Shown piece after piece: positions 28,601 through 43,600 of a stretch of 64,000 nucleotides of DNA; the stretch's first letter is position 1; the number at the start of each line of letters is the position of its first letter. A model generated the notes under the pieces. That model made no database searches and had not been told where the DNA came from. It saw only the letters and a program-made list of their open reading frames with translations. The position numbers and the translations under genes were made by a program. Source of the DNA: Ruditapes philippinarum (Eukaryota); contig NW_026857670.1 of NCBI RefSeq assembly GCF_026571515.1, forward strand, positions 1 through 64,000. Direction: 5' to 3'.

Positions 28601-31600
28601 CAATAAAGATCTACCATGACCCCTTGTTAGAATTTTACTGCAATAAGATTTCTTTTCAACTATTTTAGCAAGTTTACAGTTTTTTGCATTTAAAAGCTGT
28701 GGTGAAAAAGTGGTGATATTTATAATTTGAATGTTTTCTTTGCTGCCTAAACTCTAATTTCAAAGTGTGTTATGTACCAAACCTTTACCCCACAGCTGTG
28801 GGTTCGAATCCTGTCAGGGACGAAAAAGCTATTCAGCTAGCTTACAGAACGTTAGTGGTTCTACGTTCTACTCAGTGCCCGTCCGTGCCTGAAATAATGT
28901 TCAGTAGGGCACCTAAGGTCTTCCTCCACCAGCAAAGCTGGAACCTCGCTACATGACATATACTGTGTTGGTGTGACCTAAACCCAAATCAAACAAACAA
29001 AGAAATATATCCAACCTACTTAGTTACCTAAAACAGCGGGAAATATATGTAGGACTCGTCAAAGAAAGCGGACATGTTTGACTTAGTTACCATATTTACA
29101 GATAGAATAAGCAAGACATATTACAACTTGCATTCATTGCAAAGAAAATGCAAATTAAATATCTTAACATAGAGTAATGGGGTTGACTTGAAACATTTTT
29201 CTCCATGTAGTCAGTTATTACCTTTTACAATTCTTGCATAATATTTTCAAAATATACTGACTGTTGTTACAAATAATAGATTAAAGTCTTTCAAGTAGAT
29301 TAAAATAACAAAAATTACAATTGAAAAAAAAAATAAAGATTAACAAGAGCACCGCTAGGCGGAGCATTATATGCCTGAAAGTGTGTTTTTTTTTAAGTAA
29401 GGATAAAGCATTTGTAAGACATGGGAATTTGCTGTTCATCATATAAAATTTTACAGCTGTAGGTCGATTAATACTTAAGTTATTAATAATGACCTTGGAA
29501 CTATAATTATGCTCTAGAAACTGTTTTCAGTATTAAGGTAAAAGTGACTTTAACCTTTGACCTTGTGACCCCAAAATCAATAGGGGTCTTCTACCCAATA
29601 TGGAAAATCATCCAATGAAGTTTGAACATTGTGGGCCAAATGGAACTTACATTATGCTCCGGAAACTGTTTTTGGTTTTAAGGTAATTGTGACCTTGACC
29701 TTTTGACCCTAAAATCAATAGGGGTCTTCTACCCAATATGGACAATCATCCTATGATGTTTGAACACTGTGGGTCAAATGTAACTTAAGTTATGCTCCGG
29801 AAACTGTTTCCAGTATCAAGGTAATAGTGACCTTGACCTTTGACCTTGTGACCACAAAATCAATAGGGGTCTTCTACCCAATATGGGCAATCATCCTATG
29901 AAGTTTGAACATTGTGGGTGTAATGGAACTTAAGTTATGCTCCGGAAACTGTTTTCAGTTTAACCTTTGACATTTTGACCCCAAAATCAATAGGGGTCTT
30001 CTACGCATTATGGACAATCATCCTATGAAGTTTGAACATTTTGGGTCAATTGGAACTTAAGTTATGCTCCGGAAATTGATTTCAGTATTAAGGTAATAGT
30101 GACCTTGACCTTTGACCTTGTGGCCCCAAAATCAATAGGGGTCTTCTACCCAATATGGACAATCATTCTATGAAGTTTGAACATTGTGGGTCGAATGGAA
30201 CTTAAGTTGTGCTCCGGAAACTGTTTTCAGTTTTAAGGTCATAGTGACCTTGACCTTTGACCCCAAAATCAATAGAGGTCTTTTACCCAATATGGACAAT
30301 CATCCTATGAAGTTTGAACATTGTGGGCTAAATGGAACTTAAGTTATGCTCCGGAAACCAAATTGCTAACGGACGGACGGACGTACGGACGGACGGACGT
30401 TCTAACAGAAGAGTAATTATGTGGCTACTCCATTGTTCTCTCTATTGTTCTTTTTAGCCACACAAAAGAAAATAGCCACATAAAAGCATTACGGAATGAA
30501 TGACATCAAAGAGAAAGAACAGTTACCTATTGTCCCTCTAGCCACATAATTACTGTCCTGTGAGTGCGGACAGACAGACAGACGGACGCCAGGGGGTATA
30601 ACATAATATGCCCTTTCGGGCATATAAAAAAAGAATGTAACTTACTACGTACATTTGTTACGTAAATGATTGTTTCTTATAGTGTAAACCATAGTATATC
30701 TGTTAATTGTTAATTGAATATAAACATGGGAAAATATTCCGGACATCTTTGAAAATTAGAATTTTGTCTTTTTTGAATTCTATGTCTGTTACATTGAAAA
30801 TAGGTACTGCAATTGTATGTGTCACGTGCATTTGTTACAAAAATCCATGCAAATAATGAATGTATTTGTTTGTACTGCCTAAGATTAAAGTAATAGAAAG
30901 TAATTTGTAATTTTCATATAATTGGCGGCGATTCTGGACGCCATCTTGGATTTCTCTGTTCGGCACCATTTACGCCAATTTATGCAGGCAGTTCGGAAAC
31001 GGCAAATATATTGAAACATTTTGGTATATGGCACATCTTGTTAAAAAACGGGTCTGGTGGTCTCCGAGAGGCTTGATTGTCACCCTACCATAACTCGTTC
31101 CGAAGAAAGAATACCATGCAAGTTATTATCATACCAAATATGAAAAACGTCAGTCCAACAAGTTACATTAAAAACCCTATTATGCATAACAAAGCGACAG
31201 CGGACAATGTGTATCTTCAAAGTTTTCTTGTAGGAATGAGTACATGGACTTAAAACTATATGTGTGAGGTAGGGACCTTCACCTCTAAGTGTGACCTTGA
31301 CCTTGACCTTTAAGTTAGTGACATGGTCCTCAAACGCGACACGTCGTTTTGATGTGGCGCAAACTTGTGTTAAATTATTTTAAAATCCGTCAATGCATGG
31401 CAAAGTTACAGTCCGAAAACGAATATGTACCTTCAAACTCTTCTTGTGAGAAATAGTACCTTAAACTATGAATATGACTTTGACCTTGAGGTAGGGACAT
31501 CGGTCTTTAAGGCGACAGGGCGACTTGATGTGGTAGAAATATATGCTAGGTTATATAGAAATCCTTTCATGCATGACTAAATTAATGTAAAGGAAGAAAG

Positions 31601-34600
31601 AGGACTTATTATTGTCTTTACACTAATGCTCACCATTTGTATATACGGGATGTGTATTTGATTTTTTCATCATTTCTTGCTATAAACATTTGTACAATGT
31701 TTAATGCTGAATAAAATCTATTGTCATTGTCATTGTCAAATATATTTCAAAATGAGAAAATTAAAACAGCGGCATAAACAACAATATAAATCTGAAACAA
31801 TTTAAGTATGTGGTTGCAACAATATAAACGTTACTTTCAACAACAGCAATACAATACACCCGTCAAACTATATTTATTGTTTTAAAAAATATGTACCAAA
31901 AATCAAGCCTAGGATGAGCGAAAGTCATACCAACATTATTTATTTAAATAAAAAGAACATGCGAAGTAACGATGTTTTTCTAATCTTTAATTCACAATGG
32001 ATACATAAAAAATCCTAGTACCGTTAAACAGAAGCCGATAACGATCCTTGGTACTGAAATTATACAATAACTGTAGTTAGTGTTTGAAAATTATTTTTTG
32101 TCCAATGAGATGGCAGTATTTTTCAAATTTTGAAATAATTTATTAAGTAAATGAGCTTTAAACAACCAGTGCTACTAACCAGGTAAATCGAATGAACTGA
32201 CGCTATTCCGCATGTGTGCCTTGGAGGCGGAGCTACATGTACAGGGATATTGGTTTTGTGATTACATTCGTGCGATGCACAAGAGAACAGCTGTTAGTTT
32301 AGACGCTCGTCGTTGTAGACAATAAATTATTTTCATAGAAATACATAGGATAAAAGAGAAAATAGCCGCGAAAACAAACATATTTATTAATTACCTTTTC
32401 TCTCCAGAAACAAAAATTGTATGTAATAGATGGTGAACAGTTTTTTTACTCCGAGTTTTCAATCTGAACGTTTTAACTGAAAACATTACTGGTTTCCTAA
32501 CATTTTGTTTTCTATGCAATACAGCAGTTAAAAAAGTACAGCGATTAATATGTTTGAAGTTTTGCATGTTGTTAAAAGTGATATTATGCCCATCCAAGGA
32601 TAAACAGTAAGCGAACGGGTGAAGATCAAAAGAAGTTATCATTTAAGAAATAACATCGGTCTGAGAGGTGTACATCGGCTATTTAACACCGGTTTGGTGT
32701 TTTGATGCGTAGGAAATGACCACGAAGGCCGTAGGCCTGAGTTGTTAATTTTTTCGCATCAAAACGACAAAACCGGTGTTAAATAGCCGATATACACCTC
32801 TCAGGCCGATGTAATTTCGATTCTATCACGATAAAATAAGGAAGATCACTAATGTTATTTTTCAAGCGGAAATAACTTCTGGTGCTGATTTTCGTATAAC
32901 GCTGTTCGATTTTCGCACCCTACTGTTGCAAGATATAGAAATTATTAAACAAAATAAATAATGAGAAAAAACGTTATTTTATCAAGTTTTTCAACAATAA
33001 AAACTTACGTTGTATTGTGTTTACATCAGTGCCCCATTTATCATTCTTGTATGTATGAAATAACGTCAGCTTGTTTATGAATGAGTTGTTTACTTACGAT
33101 GACGTCATTACGCTGCTTACGGATTGGCGCCGTTTTATCAAAATATTTATTAACTGATATGGATCAAATATGTGACGTTAGTGTATGTGAGATATTATAT
33201 CGGTATTGTATAAAAAGAAAACGTTATAAGAACTTAAATATAAATAAATATGTTTTTTATTGTTGCTTTAAAAGGCTTTGTAAACTATTTAATCGAGGGT
33301 GAAAACATAAAAGCCGCATATACAAGTAGGTCCTAACCAGTGTTTATTGGCAGTTTAACACCCGTTTTTTCCTTCTTTGTCTATAGTGACAAAATCACGT
33401 GGAGTGATAGAATTTGCCATAATTCCTTACAATTTGATAATAAAGTTCGCATAAACAATAAATAACACACAGATCCAAATGAAATTTCTGTAAAGATCCA
33501 TTAGAATTTACCTATAACGCTTAGTTTATAAAAAGAGTGGGGCAGTCTTTTTAAATTTTAGGCGTATTTATAATTGTATCGTTAACATTTTCCAATATCA
33601 ACTGTTGCAGCCGCGCGACCAATTTATTTTTGTAAATACGTACTAAAAAACTTTATCTCAACGGTGTTTCATTCGTTGGAATAGCCCCTGAGATTTAATA
33701 GAACGCTTAATTGGTGGAGTTGGTATAGGTTTAAAGTGCTATTATAGTTTATGGGTTTTTTTTCAGGATCATTGATCCTAGTAACTTTGCGTGTTGAAAA
33801 TTGTATAGCGCTCAAGCCGGTGACAGTAGGCGTGCAGGATTGTCCACGTTTTCATTATCCCTTATGAACAGACTGAATCAAATTGAGTCTGCAATTTTTA
33901 TGTTAGTTTGTTGTTATTAATGCTTCCAATTGATATTTTTTCAAGATTTTGCTAGTTAGGCACCCCCACCCCAATGTTCACTGTAGTAAGCTATATTGAA
34001 TATACCATAGCATAGTTCAGCCACCGCATTGTTCCTGGGACGGCTGTCAAGCAGTTATCCAGGACTAGTTGCTTACACTTTTTGCAAGGGACTAATAATG
34101 TCTGTGCAGACCTGAACAAAGGTACAGTGCGAACGACCGTAGAAAGGATTACATGATGAATCAAAACGAAAGTAAATCACATCATCCGGGAATCAAACCT
34201 GGTTTACAATTCAAAGCTAACCGAACGGCACTTAAAAACGGCACTTAAAACGCTTAATATATCGGGACGGCGCCGCTATGTTTCACTTGACACAGGTATT
34301 AACAATCCTTTAGCACACCCGTGAACATTTGGTAGATCTTACTATATAAATGTCAGTTTTAAATCTAATTTTTTATGATATATTGTGCAGCAATTGATTG
34401 CAGAGCAAAAAAGAAATACCAAGCGCACAACTGTTCTACCCGCAACAAACGGATCTTCTTGCAACCAATTAACTGGTGTGTGTGTATAATTTAAGTCAAT
34501 ATTTGCAAAATAAAAAGTTATAACGGTTTAAAACTACAGCATTATAAACATAGTAAAAACGTTTATGTTTTTTCTTCGGACATTACATATAGGTGTGTAT

Positions 34601-37600
34601 AACTCATTTTGTTTAATATAAATGCACGACATTATGGCAAAATTTTATCTTTTGATGATATTTTATTTCAAAACGCCCATACCATAATGTATAGGATAGT
34701 AGCTTTAATGACATAATGATGTGCAGCTTCCTGGCAAGTGATTTTGTCAAGCTATTTAGAGAAAAGCATAGCTGAAATTGATAAATAACTTAAATGTCAA
34801 AAGTAATAAAAGAATAAAACTTACTTCTATTCATCAAAATTACCAATCACCAAATATCGTCTCTTAATTTTTTGTTTCATATTTACAGTCTGAAAAATAC
34901 ATTCCTTCCACATTCAAAACTGTTCTTGATGACCTTTCGGCATATTTATGTATCCTACGAGCAATAGCTGCCGGATGCTTTATGAAAACATGAATAGCAA
35001 TGACAGCCATCAGCCGAAGAATAAGTAAATTACACAGCGTTCGTAAGGCAGCCTTTCAACAAATCCAAGTTTCCAAGTTCCTAGCCGTTTTTCTTAATGT
35101 TTACACATCTGTTAACACTATATATTGTCTGTTACAATCCACAAATATGTTTTCTTTTCGTTTAAAAAGGTGTATGACTAACAAATCCAAATGATATTTC
35201 CTCTGAATCAAATACAATTATTTTCCTCCCGTAAAATACACAACTTTTAAAAATGGCGGCCGCTTACATTAAACCAATCGCAACTACCCGGCCCTTTCCG
35301 TTTGTCTTCATATAAGGACCTCGAACACAATAGTATGAATACACAGAACGGATGCGGTATTTCAGTCAAACCTACGCTAAGAAACTAAACATGTAAACAA
35401 ATAGTAATTTAATGCTGGGAGTTGATGACAAGTTTATTTCTAATATTTGTAGTAAAATTCCACCTAAATAAGTGAATTCATAGGTACAAAAGCAAACAAT
35501 ACATTATTTATATATTTATTATTATGGCTGAAACCACGTGGTAGAACTACTTTTAGTCCGTATTGTTTCCGAGGTTTTTATAGATAATAGCCGAGGATGT
35601 TCCGATTGGCATTTCACAGATCCAGGTCTTATATAAATTCGCAGTATGTAACAGAAACATGGATGGATGGTTTGACTTTTTCTTCTACAAGAATTGTTTG
35701 TTTTTTATTATTAAAACAAGTGATCATTCATGTTTTTTAATAAAATGAATTATATCACCGCCATTTAACGTTGATTATTGAACTTATTTTTCAGCCCAAG
35801 ACTTCTTGTATTTTATGAGAAATTGGACAAATTAATGTACATAATAGAGGCTACCAGTGAAGAAAACAGATTTTAATATTAAAGTTAATATTATGGAAAT
35901 TTCGTTTTGACTTGTTTTTAAGCATAAAATAAAAAGAAAATTTGTTTGTTTATTGTGTAAGATGTAATTTTATTTCATCTCGTGAATTTTAAAAACAGTA
36001 TTCTCACTCGTGGCTACGTGAGAATACTTTTTTTAAAGCTCACTCGATGAAATAAAATTTCATCTTACATACAAACAAACAAATATCCTCTATATCTTTA
36101 CACGTAATATTACACCCATGTGGAAATATTATACCCATGTGGACAAAGTGCCGTGTCGAAATTGCAGGAGCGATTGTATAAAACGACATTTCGCACAATG
36201 TTGTTTCTTTTTCGGACAAAGTTCGTCTGTAAACGGTTTGACGTCATGTAAAATAAACAGAAGAACTGATCAAGAGTTTGCTTTTAATTCAGGAAATCTC
36301 AATGACCATTTTTAGATTAGTAAAACCATCTAAATGATCATCCTGAAACGTCAAAATTCCTAAATAATCTTAAGTTTTTTTTTAACCTGGGTTTTAACTT
36401 ACATATCTCGGATATTTTAGACCATTGAACCGTGCTTCCCATTAAACATTTTACAACACTGAACACTGCTTTCACATGTTTTAAAATTTCATTCATTGTC
36501 TTGTGAACAACTTTTTAAACATAACAATGTACTGAGTTACAAATGTCATAACTATTATAAGTTTTGCCTACATCAACGAGACCACCAATACGCCTCACGA
36601 TCCCAGAACCTCATGTGCATAAAAGACGAAATACGCCACATAAAAACTCTAAACACCTCAGATCATTTTCTGTAGTTCAAGATATTACATGATTATTGAT
36701 GTGTTCAATTGATTTGAATGTCACAGAAAGAAAAAGGTTAAGCCGGACTGGGACTCCAACCCGGGACTTCCCTTCCGCTACTCTCCGGTCACTTCTCCCC
36801 ATGAGATACTTCCCGCTATATTCTTCCCGATTCAATCAGAGTTACATACTTATGTGATTAAACTCTAAACTACATGTATATGCAGTCACGGTGTCACGTT
36901 GGGTGCCAAATGTCACAGGTGATAAAAATGTGCAGGCTTACCGGGCATCGAACCCAGGACCCTCGGAATACCGTTCCACGGCTGTACCGACTGAGCTATC
37001 CCGGCGCTTATATATCTTCTCCCCTACATAGTCAGTTCTGAACCATGACATATATTTCATGATCCTCATACGTATTTCTACATATTAATGAAGCATACAT
37101 TAATTTGTACATGAATGGTAAAATTATACTATGCCAATTGTAGTTGAGTATATCGACAAAACGTTATTTATGAGAAATTCTGTTAAACAACGCTACATAT
37201 TGATAAAAGAAATATGTTTAAATCATAAATCGCATTCGTTATTTAAAATCTAAATACTTGAAAGAAAAAAAAATAATTGAAACATAAATGTTGAGTAAGC
37301 ATCAAATTGTTATTTTTTGTTTAGTATTCGGTAAAATTGTATGGGATTAAGGAAAAACATTATCCGGAAACTTACAAAGGTATTTTTCGTGTTTTGTAAT
37401 AATAAATGACTTCATTTTTTCTAAAGTTAAGATCATTTTAAAGAGTAAAACAAGTACGTTACATCAACATATACAACAAAACATACCACCATGTGGAATA
37501 ATTCATGCATAAAACACATATTTGCCCCATGAAACATATTGACTCCTGAAATTCATAACCTGCTTATAATCAAACATTTTAACATCCAAACGTGATTTGA

Positions 37601-40600
37601 AATATTTAATTTTAGGTCAGAGTCGGTGAGTTGAGATGTTGCTATACATAAAAAGCACAATACCTCAACACGTAATACCATTTGTTGCACCAAACCTACT
37701 GACAGCCCGTTATGAATGTTTTAATGAAAACATTAAATAAGAACAATTTAAATGTTGATGTTGCACATCAAAGATGCCGCAAAATGATATGAAAAGTCAC
37801 AGGTAATGTACAATATCAGCCTTGATAATTGTTCTCTATTACAGTTGAATATCCGAAGCACTTATCAATTTTTCTAAAGAAAGGACCAACTTTACCTACC
37901 CTGTTATAGACTACGCAGCTTCCAATATATAGTTCTTTAAAAGTGATCTCGGGAAACATTTTTATTCATCCCTGGTTTAAACCAGTATATAACATTTTTA
38001 AAAGAACGATTATTAAACAAAGGACGAGATAACTTTATAATAAAGATGCTACACTTCTGAGTCTCGTCATATATGATGTGAGTGGTGCCAAAAAACAAAT
38101 ATCTTAAGTCTTAAGCAGATGGTAACATACATACATGTGATAGTAACAAAGAAGAGAATTAAAAATATGTATATAGAACAATTTTTAAATACATTCGAAG
38201 TTCAGAATGAAAATAATCAAGGAAATTCAGGCACTAGATTTATACATCTACTCACATAAGATTTAGGTGTTGAAAATGAGCATATATTTGAAATTCGAAG
38301 TAAATTCACGAAGAAAAAAAGAAAATTTTAGAATAAATCTGGAAAATTTAAAGTTTAAGGGGGAAATAAATCTGGAAATATGGACGCTAGATTTATGAAG
38401 CTTGTCATATTATTTTGATACAGTAGTTTAAAATTTGAAGTAAATCGTTTAAGAATTGAAAAAAATCATAATTTCTAGAAATAAAATCTAAGTTCAAGGG
38501 GGGGCATAATTCTAGATATGGTCAAGCTTGAGTATTGAATCTTCTCACACATGGTCTTAGTAACAAAAAGAAACATATACTTGAAAGTTGAAGAATAAAG
38601 AAAAAAAGAAATGTGGGTGATGATAAGAAAGATATTTATAAAGTTAAGTAAGAAATATTTAGAAATAAAGTAGTTACACTAAGAACAATATTGCTTTTTA
38701 TGAAAGTTGTAAGTTTAAGGCGGTTATCTGATAGGTTTGCTACTAAAATTATGATCCTTGTCACATATGATGTTGATAATAAGAAACAAATATTTCAATT
38801 TAAAGTTAATACCTTGAGAAATAAAGAAGTTATAGTGAAACACAGATTTTACTGGGTGAAAACTGTAAAAACTTTAATAAGAAATCTGGACGCGGTGGCC
38901 CACGCTTGATGAGAAGGACACATCTTAATATACTCCCCAGAGTTAAGCAAAAATGATGTGAAACACTCTATATTGTCATCTATCCATATTTCAAGTTTCA
39001 TTGAAATATTTTCATTATTTTGAGTCTATTTGTTGCCATAACAACCTATTTTTGTTAAACATAGGAAGAAGAAAAAAGAGACAGATTATCTCAAGACTGC
39101 CCATATTTTGATTGAATAACATTATTGTTTTACATTTTTCGTTATCAAGGAACGGACGGACAGTATTGTAAATTTTAACCAAAAGAAAGAAAACTCGAAT
39201 TCATCTGTAAAATTATCCATGCGGACGGCACTTACGAAACAAATTTTTGTTGGCCATTGTTGTTGTCTTTTTTGGTACACATGCGTTTCTGCTGGTTTTC
39301 TTTTACGTAAATAATTCATTATGTCAAAAGTAATCAATCAACAGTGCCCTGAAACCGTCTGAATATTCATTCCGGCGTCAAAGGCCTCTAACAACTTTTG
39401 TTGTGCGGTGTTTATCAATGAAGTTACATCATATATGTACACTCAAGGGTGATTCATCATTTATGTACATACGTCTTAAATAACAAAAAGTTTTTATGTA
39501 AATAATAAATGAGTAAGTATTTCGTGTTGAAAGGGGTTGTATGGTTAATTATGAAGTGCAAATGTTGACAGTTCATTTTAAGGCTTTAACAAGCATGTTT
39601 AAGACACAAGATAGACAGAAGCCGTTCCGTTTTGTTGTTATTATTAAAGATCCTGTATGTTATAAATAAGGTTGTTACCACACTAAAGGGAAAATTTATA
39701 TATGTATATAATCATGCTTCTTAAACAATTTTCAAACATCGAAGAATATGTAAAATATGTACTGCAAATATTTGTCCACATTATATGTAATCATTAAAAT
39801 AAATTATATGCATTCATTTCTGATCGACAAAATGACTTAGACTTTATAGGAAATAAATTTCAAATTACCTCCCTTTATTTACACGAAATTGAAATTTGGT
39901 AATAACTTTGCAAAAAAATGTTTTTTGGAACTTACAATATTAAAAAAACCTTCATTTGAGCATCTTTAAAATTATTAAATCGTTATTTATCACTCGTATC
40001 ATCAATGGGATTGATTGATGTGCATGCATCTTTTGACAAATTACACACAAATGTTATAAAATTTTGGTTAGATTCATAGATACTGCGGCACATTTTCAGA
40101 TTGTCTTGAAGTTGCTTGTGACTAAAACCTAGAAATATTGTAGATTTTCATTTAATATTTACCGCAAGATATTAAATTTGTTATATTTGCAAAGTGGAAG
40201 GAATCGATTATAATTTTCAAAAGAGACAATTTTCGTTTTTCTTAAACACTGTTATATTGTTGATATTTCTAGCAATGACAATGGTCTGGAAACGGAATTA
40301 TCTACCATATCAAACGGACAAGCAAATATTTATGAAGTTTGTCGAAGCAATTTACGAAAACATAAACAAGTTGATAGTTATCAAGAATTGGAAACGTCAG
40401 GATCAAAACGCGAAAGAAGTACATGTTTGTATTCATTGATTAATATAATTATTGCTGTTGACTTGAAAACTTTTAATCCCAAAAAGTTTCTAGTATTTGT
40501 TAGAATTCTAGTATATTCTTTTCTCAGTCTTTCTAAAAAGATCTCAATAATATAGAATTCATTAAACAATAAACTATTAAAGCTTAAAAAATAACAAACC

Positions 40601-43600
40601 TGTCTCTTGCCGTCTTTTGATCTCATCAATATCTCTCTTCAAATCAGTTATAGTTGCCTTTATGTCTTTAAGGCGGTAAACCTCATCTTCATAGTCCTTC
40701 CACTTTTCTATTTCTTTCTGTATCCTTCTCTCTTCTTCCAGATCAAGAGGGCAAGTTTTGAATTCGGCAATTGTTTGCTGAACATTCAAAGCTGAAGAAC
40801 TTCGACGCACAAGTATCTGAAACCGGAATTAAATAACAACTTTATCATTTAAGTTTGGATGTTTGATCTTTAAATGTTTATCGAAGATGTTGACCCAACA
40901 ATTTATCTGTTTATATAATATTACAAATGAAACAAGAATCATGATGGCTCTACTTATAACAAGAGGGCCATGATGGCCCTGAGGTCGCTCACCTGTATAT
41001 AGGCCCCCCAACCCCCACCCCCCAACGTTGCAGGGCCAATTTAACCCAAGGGCTTTTATATGCACAATCTTGGTAGACACCCATAAGAAGATGTTTCATG
41101 CTAAACATCTAAGCTCTAGCTTTGGGCTTTTTAAAAGAAGATTTTTTTAAAGTTTTTACTATACACATATAGTTAAAAACAATGACACCCCTGGGGCCGG
41201 GCCAGTTTTGACCCCAGGGCTTTTATTGAACAAACTTTGTAGACACTTACTAGAAGATGTTTTATGCTTAATATCTAAACTCTAGCTATTTAGGTTTTTT
41301 CAAAGAAGACTTTAAATTTTTGCTATACACATATAAAGAAAATCAATGACCCCCGGGGCGGGGCCAATTTTGTCCCCAGGTCTTTTATTTGAACAAACTT
41401 TGTAGACACTCACTAAAAGATGTTTCATGCTTAATATCTTAACTCTTGCTATTTGGGTTTTTTAAAAGAAGATTTTTTAAGTTTTTGCTATACACATATA
41501 AGGAAAATCAATGACCCCCGGGGTGGTGCCAATTTTGACCCTAGGGCTTTTATTTGAAGAAACTTGGTAGACACCTATTAGAACATGTTTGATGCTAAAT
41601 ATATTAGCCATAGCTCTTTGATTTCTTTAAAAGAAGATTTTTTAAGTTTTTACTATATGCATATAGGGAAAATCAATGACCCCCTGGGGCGGGGCCAATT
41701 TTGACCCCAGGGCTTTTATTTGAACAAACTTGGTAGACACCTACTAGAACATGTTTCATGCTCAATTTCTTAGCCATAGCTCTTTGAGTTCTTTAAAAGA
41801 AGATTTTTTAAGTTTTACTATATGCATATAGGGAAAATCAATGACCCCCGGGGCGGGGCCAATTTTGACCCCAGGGCTTTTATTTGAACAAACTTGGTAG
41901 ACACACATTAGAACATGTTTCATGCTAAATATCTTAGCTCTAGCTCTTTGGGTTCTTTAAAAGAAGATTTTTTAAGTTTTTACTATATGCATATAGGGAA
42001 AATCAATGACCCCCCGGGGCGGGGCCAATTTTGACCCCAGGGCTTTTATTTGAACAAACTTGGTAGACACTCACTAGAAGATGTTTCATGCCAAATATCT
42101 AAGCTCTACCTCTTATGGTTTTTGAAAAGAAGATATTTAAAGTTTTTTCTTTCGGTTGCCATGGCAACCAGAGTTCTGCATGGAATTAAATTCTTTGAAC
42201 AATTTTTAAAGGTGACCACCAAAGGAACATTCCTGTGAAGTTTGGATGAAATTGGCTTAGTGGTTTATGAGGAGATGTCATTTAAAGTAAAAGTTTACGG
42301 ACGGACGGACGCCGGACGAAAAGCGATCACAAAAGCTCACCCTGTCACTTTGTGACAGGTGAGCTAATAAAGGCTCTTGATAACAAGGACCAACTAAAAC
42401 TGTTTACTATCAATAAATCTTAATCTTTTACTGATATCACAAAGGTCATATCTGCATCTGAAATCGTGCAAATGTAAGAACGTTTACGGGTTGTTATTGC
42501 TGAGAAACTTTATTAGTAATTGAAGAATTCACTGGTGGCTATACAAAACTATAGGTGTCTTTGAAAGTAAGTGGTTTCTAGTCAATGTTTGATTCCTCGA
42601 TTAAAAATCAATAGTTTATATTGAAAGTTAATGGTAGCTAAGAAATAAAATGGGTCCTATGGAAATCTGAAAAGTCACTGTATACTCTGGAAAACAATAA
42701 ATGCATTGAGAGTCAATAACTTCTATAGAAGTGACACGCTGAAATCACTGCTTGCTTAATTTTACATCAATAATTCACGAAAATAACTTGTTGCTAATAA
42801 ACACAAGTTTTGTTTAGGAATAAAACGGCTGATATGTAATTTTCTTGTTGCTAAAGAATATAAATGGTCGTTTTTGAAGTCACTGGTTACTCTGGAAAGT
42901 CAGTGATCCTCATGAGATCACTAATTACTTTGGAAAGTCAATTGCTGCTACAGAAATAACTGAAGACAATGGTTGCTATCAAAGTCACTGATGACTGTAA
43001 AGTAAAAATTGTTGATCCACTGGTTGCTATTACATTTAAGCCCCAGTAAGGAAAATCCATGACCCACCCCCAAGGCATGGCAAGTTTAAAACCAGGGACG
43101 TCTTCTAAACTATTTTTCCTGTAAAATATCTAAGATATCTCATTGACGCACTCAAAGTACAAGAAAACCTTAAAAATTGTGACGCACTGAATGTACCGTG
43201 AACCTGAAATATTTAATCATGGAGTTTACTGGAAAACCTGAAAATTTGGAAGCACTGTAATTACTAGAAACATCAAAATTTTGTGACATTGAAAGTACTT
43301 GACACCTGAAAATCGTAAAAAAATAAAAGTACTTGACACATGAAATCGTGAAACACTGAAAGTACATGACAGATGAAAATCGTGAAACACTGAAAGTACT
43401 TGACACCTGAAAACCGACCAAGAAACTCTAAAGGGACTTGACACCTGCAAATCGTGAATTACTGAAAGAACTTGGCACCTGAAAATCGTAAAACACTGAA
43501 AATACTTGACATCTGAAAATAGTGAAATACTGAAAGCACATGACACCTGAAAATCGTGAAACACTGAATGAACTTGGCACCTGAAAATCGTGATACACTG

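Noticed and set aside
32391-32642. ORF shared with 63012-63389
   Set aside because: The similarity comes from the DNA duplication, and the start in copy A is created by the insertion. There is no coding signature.
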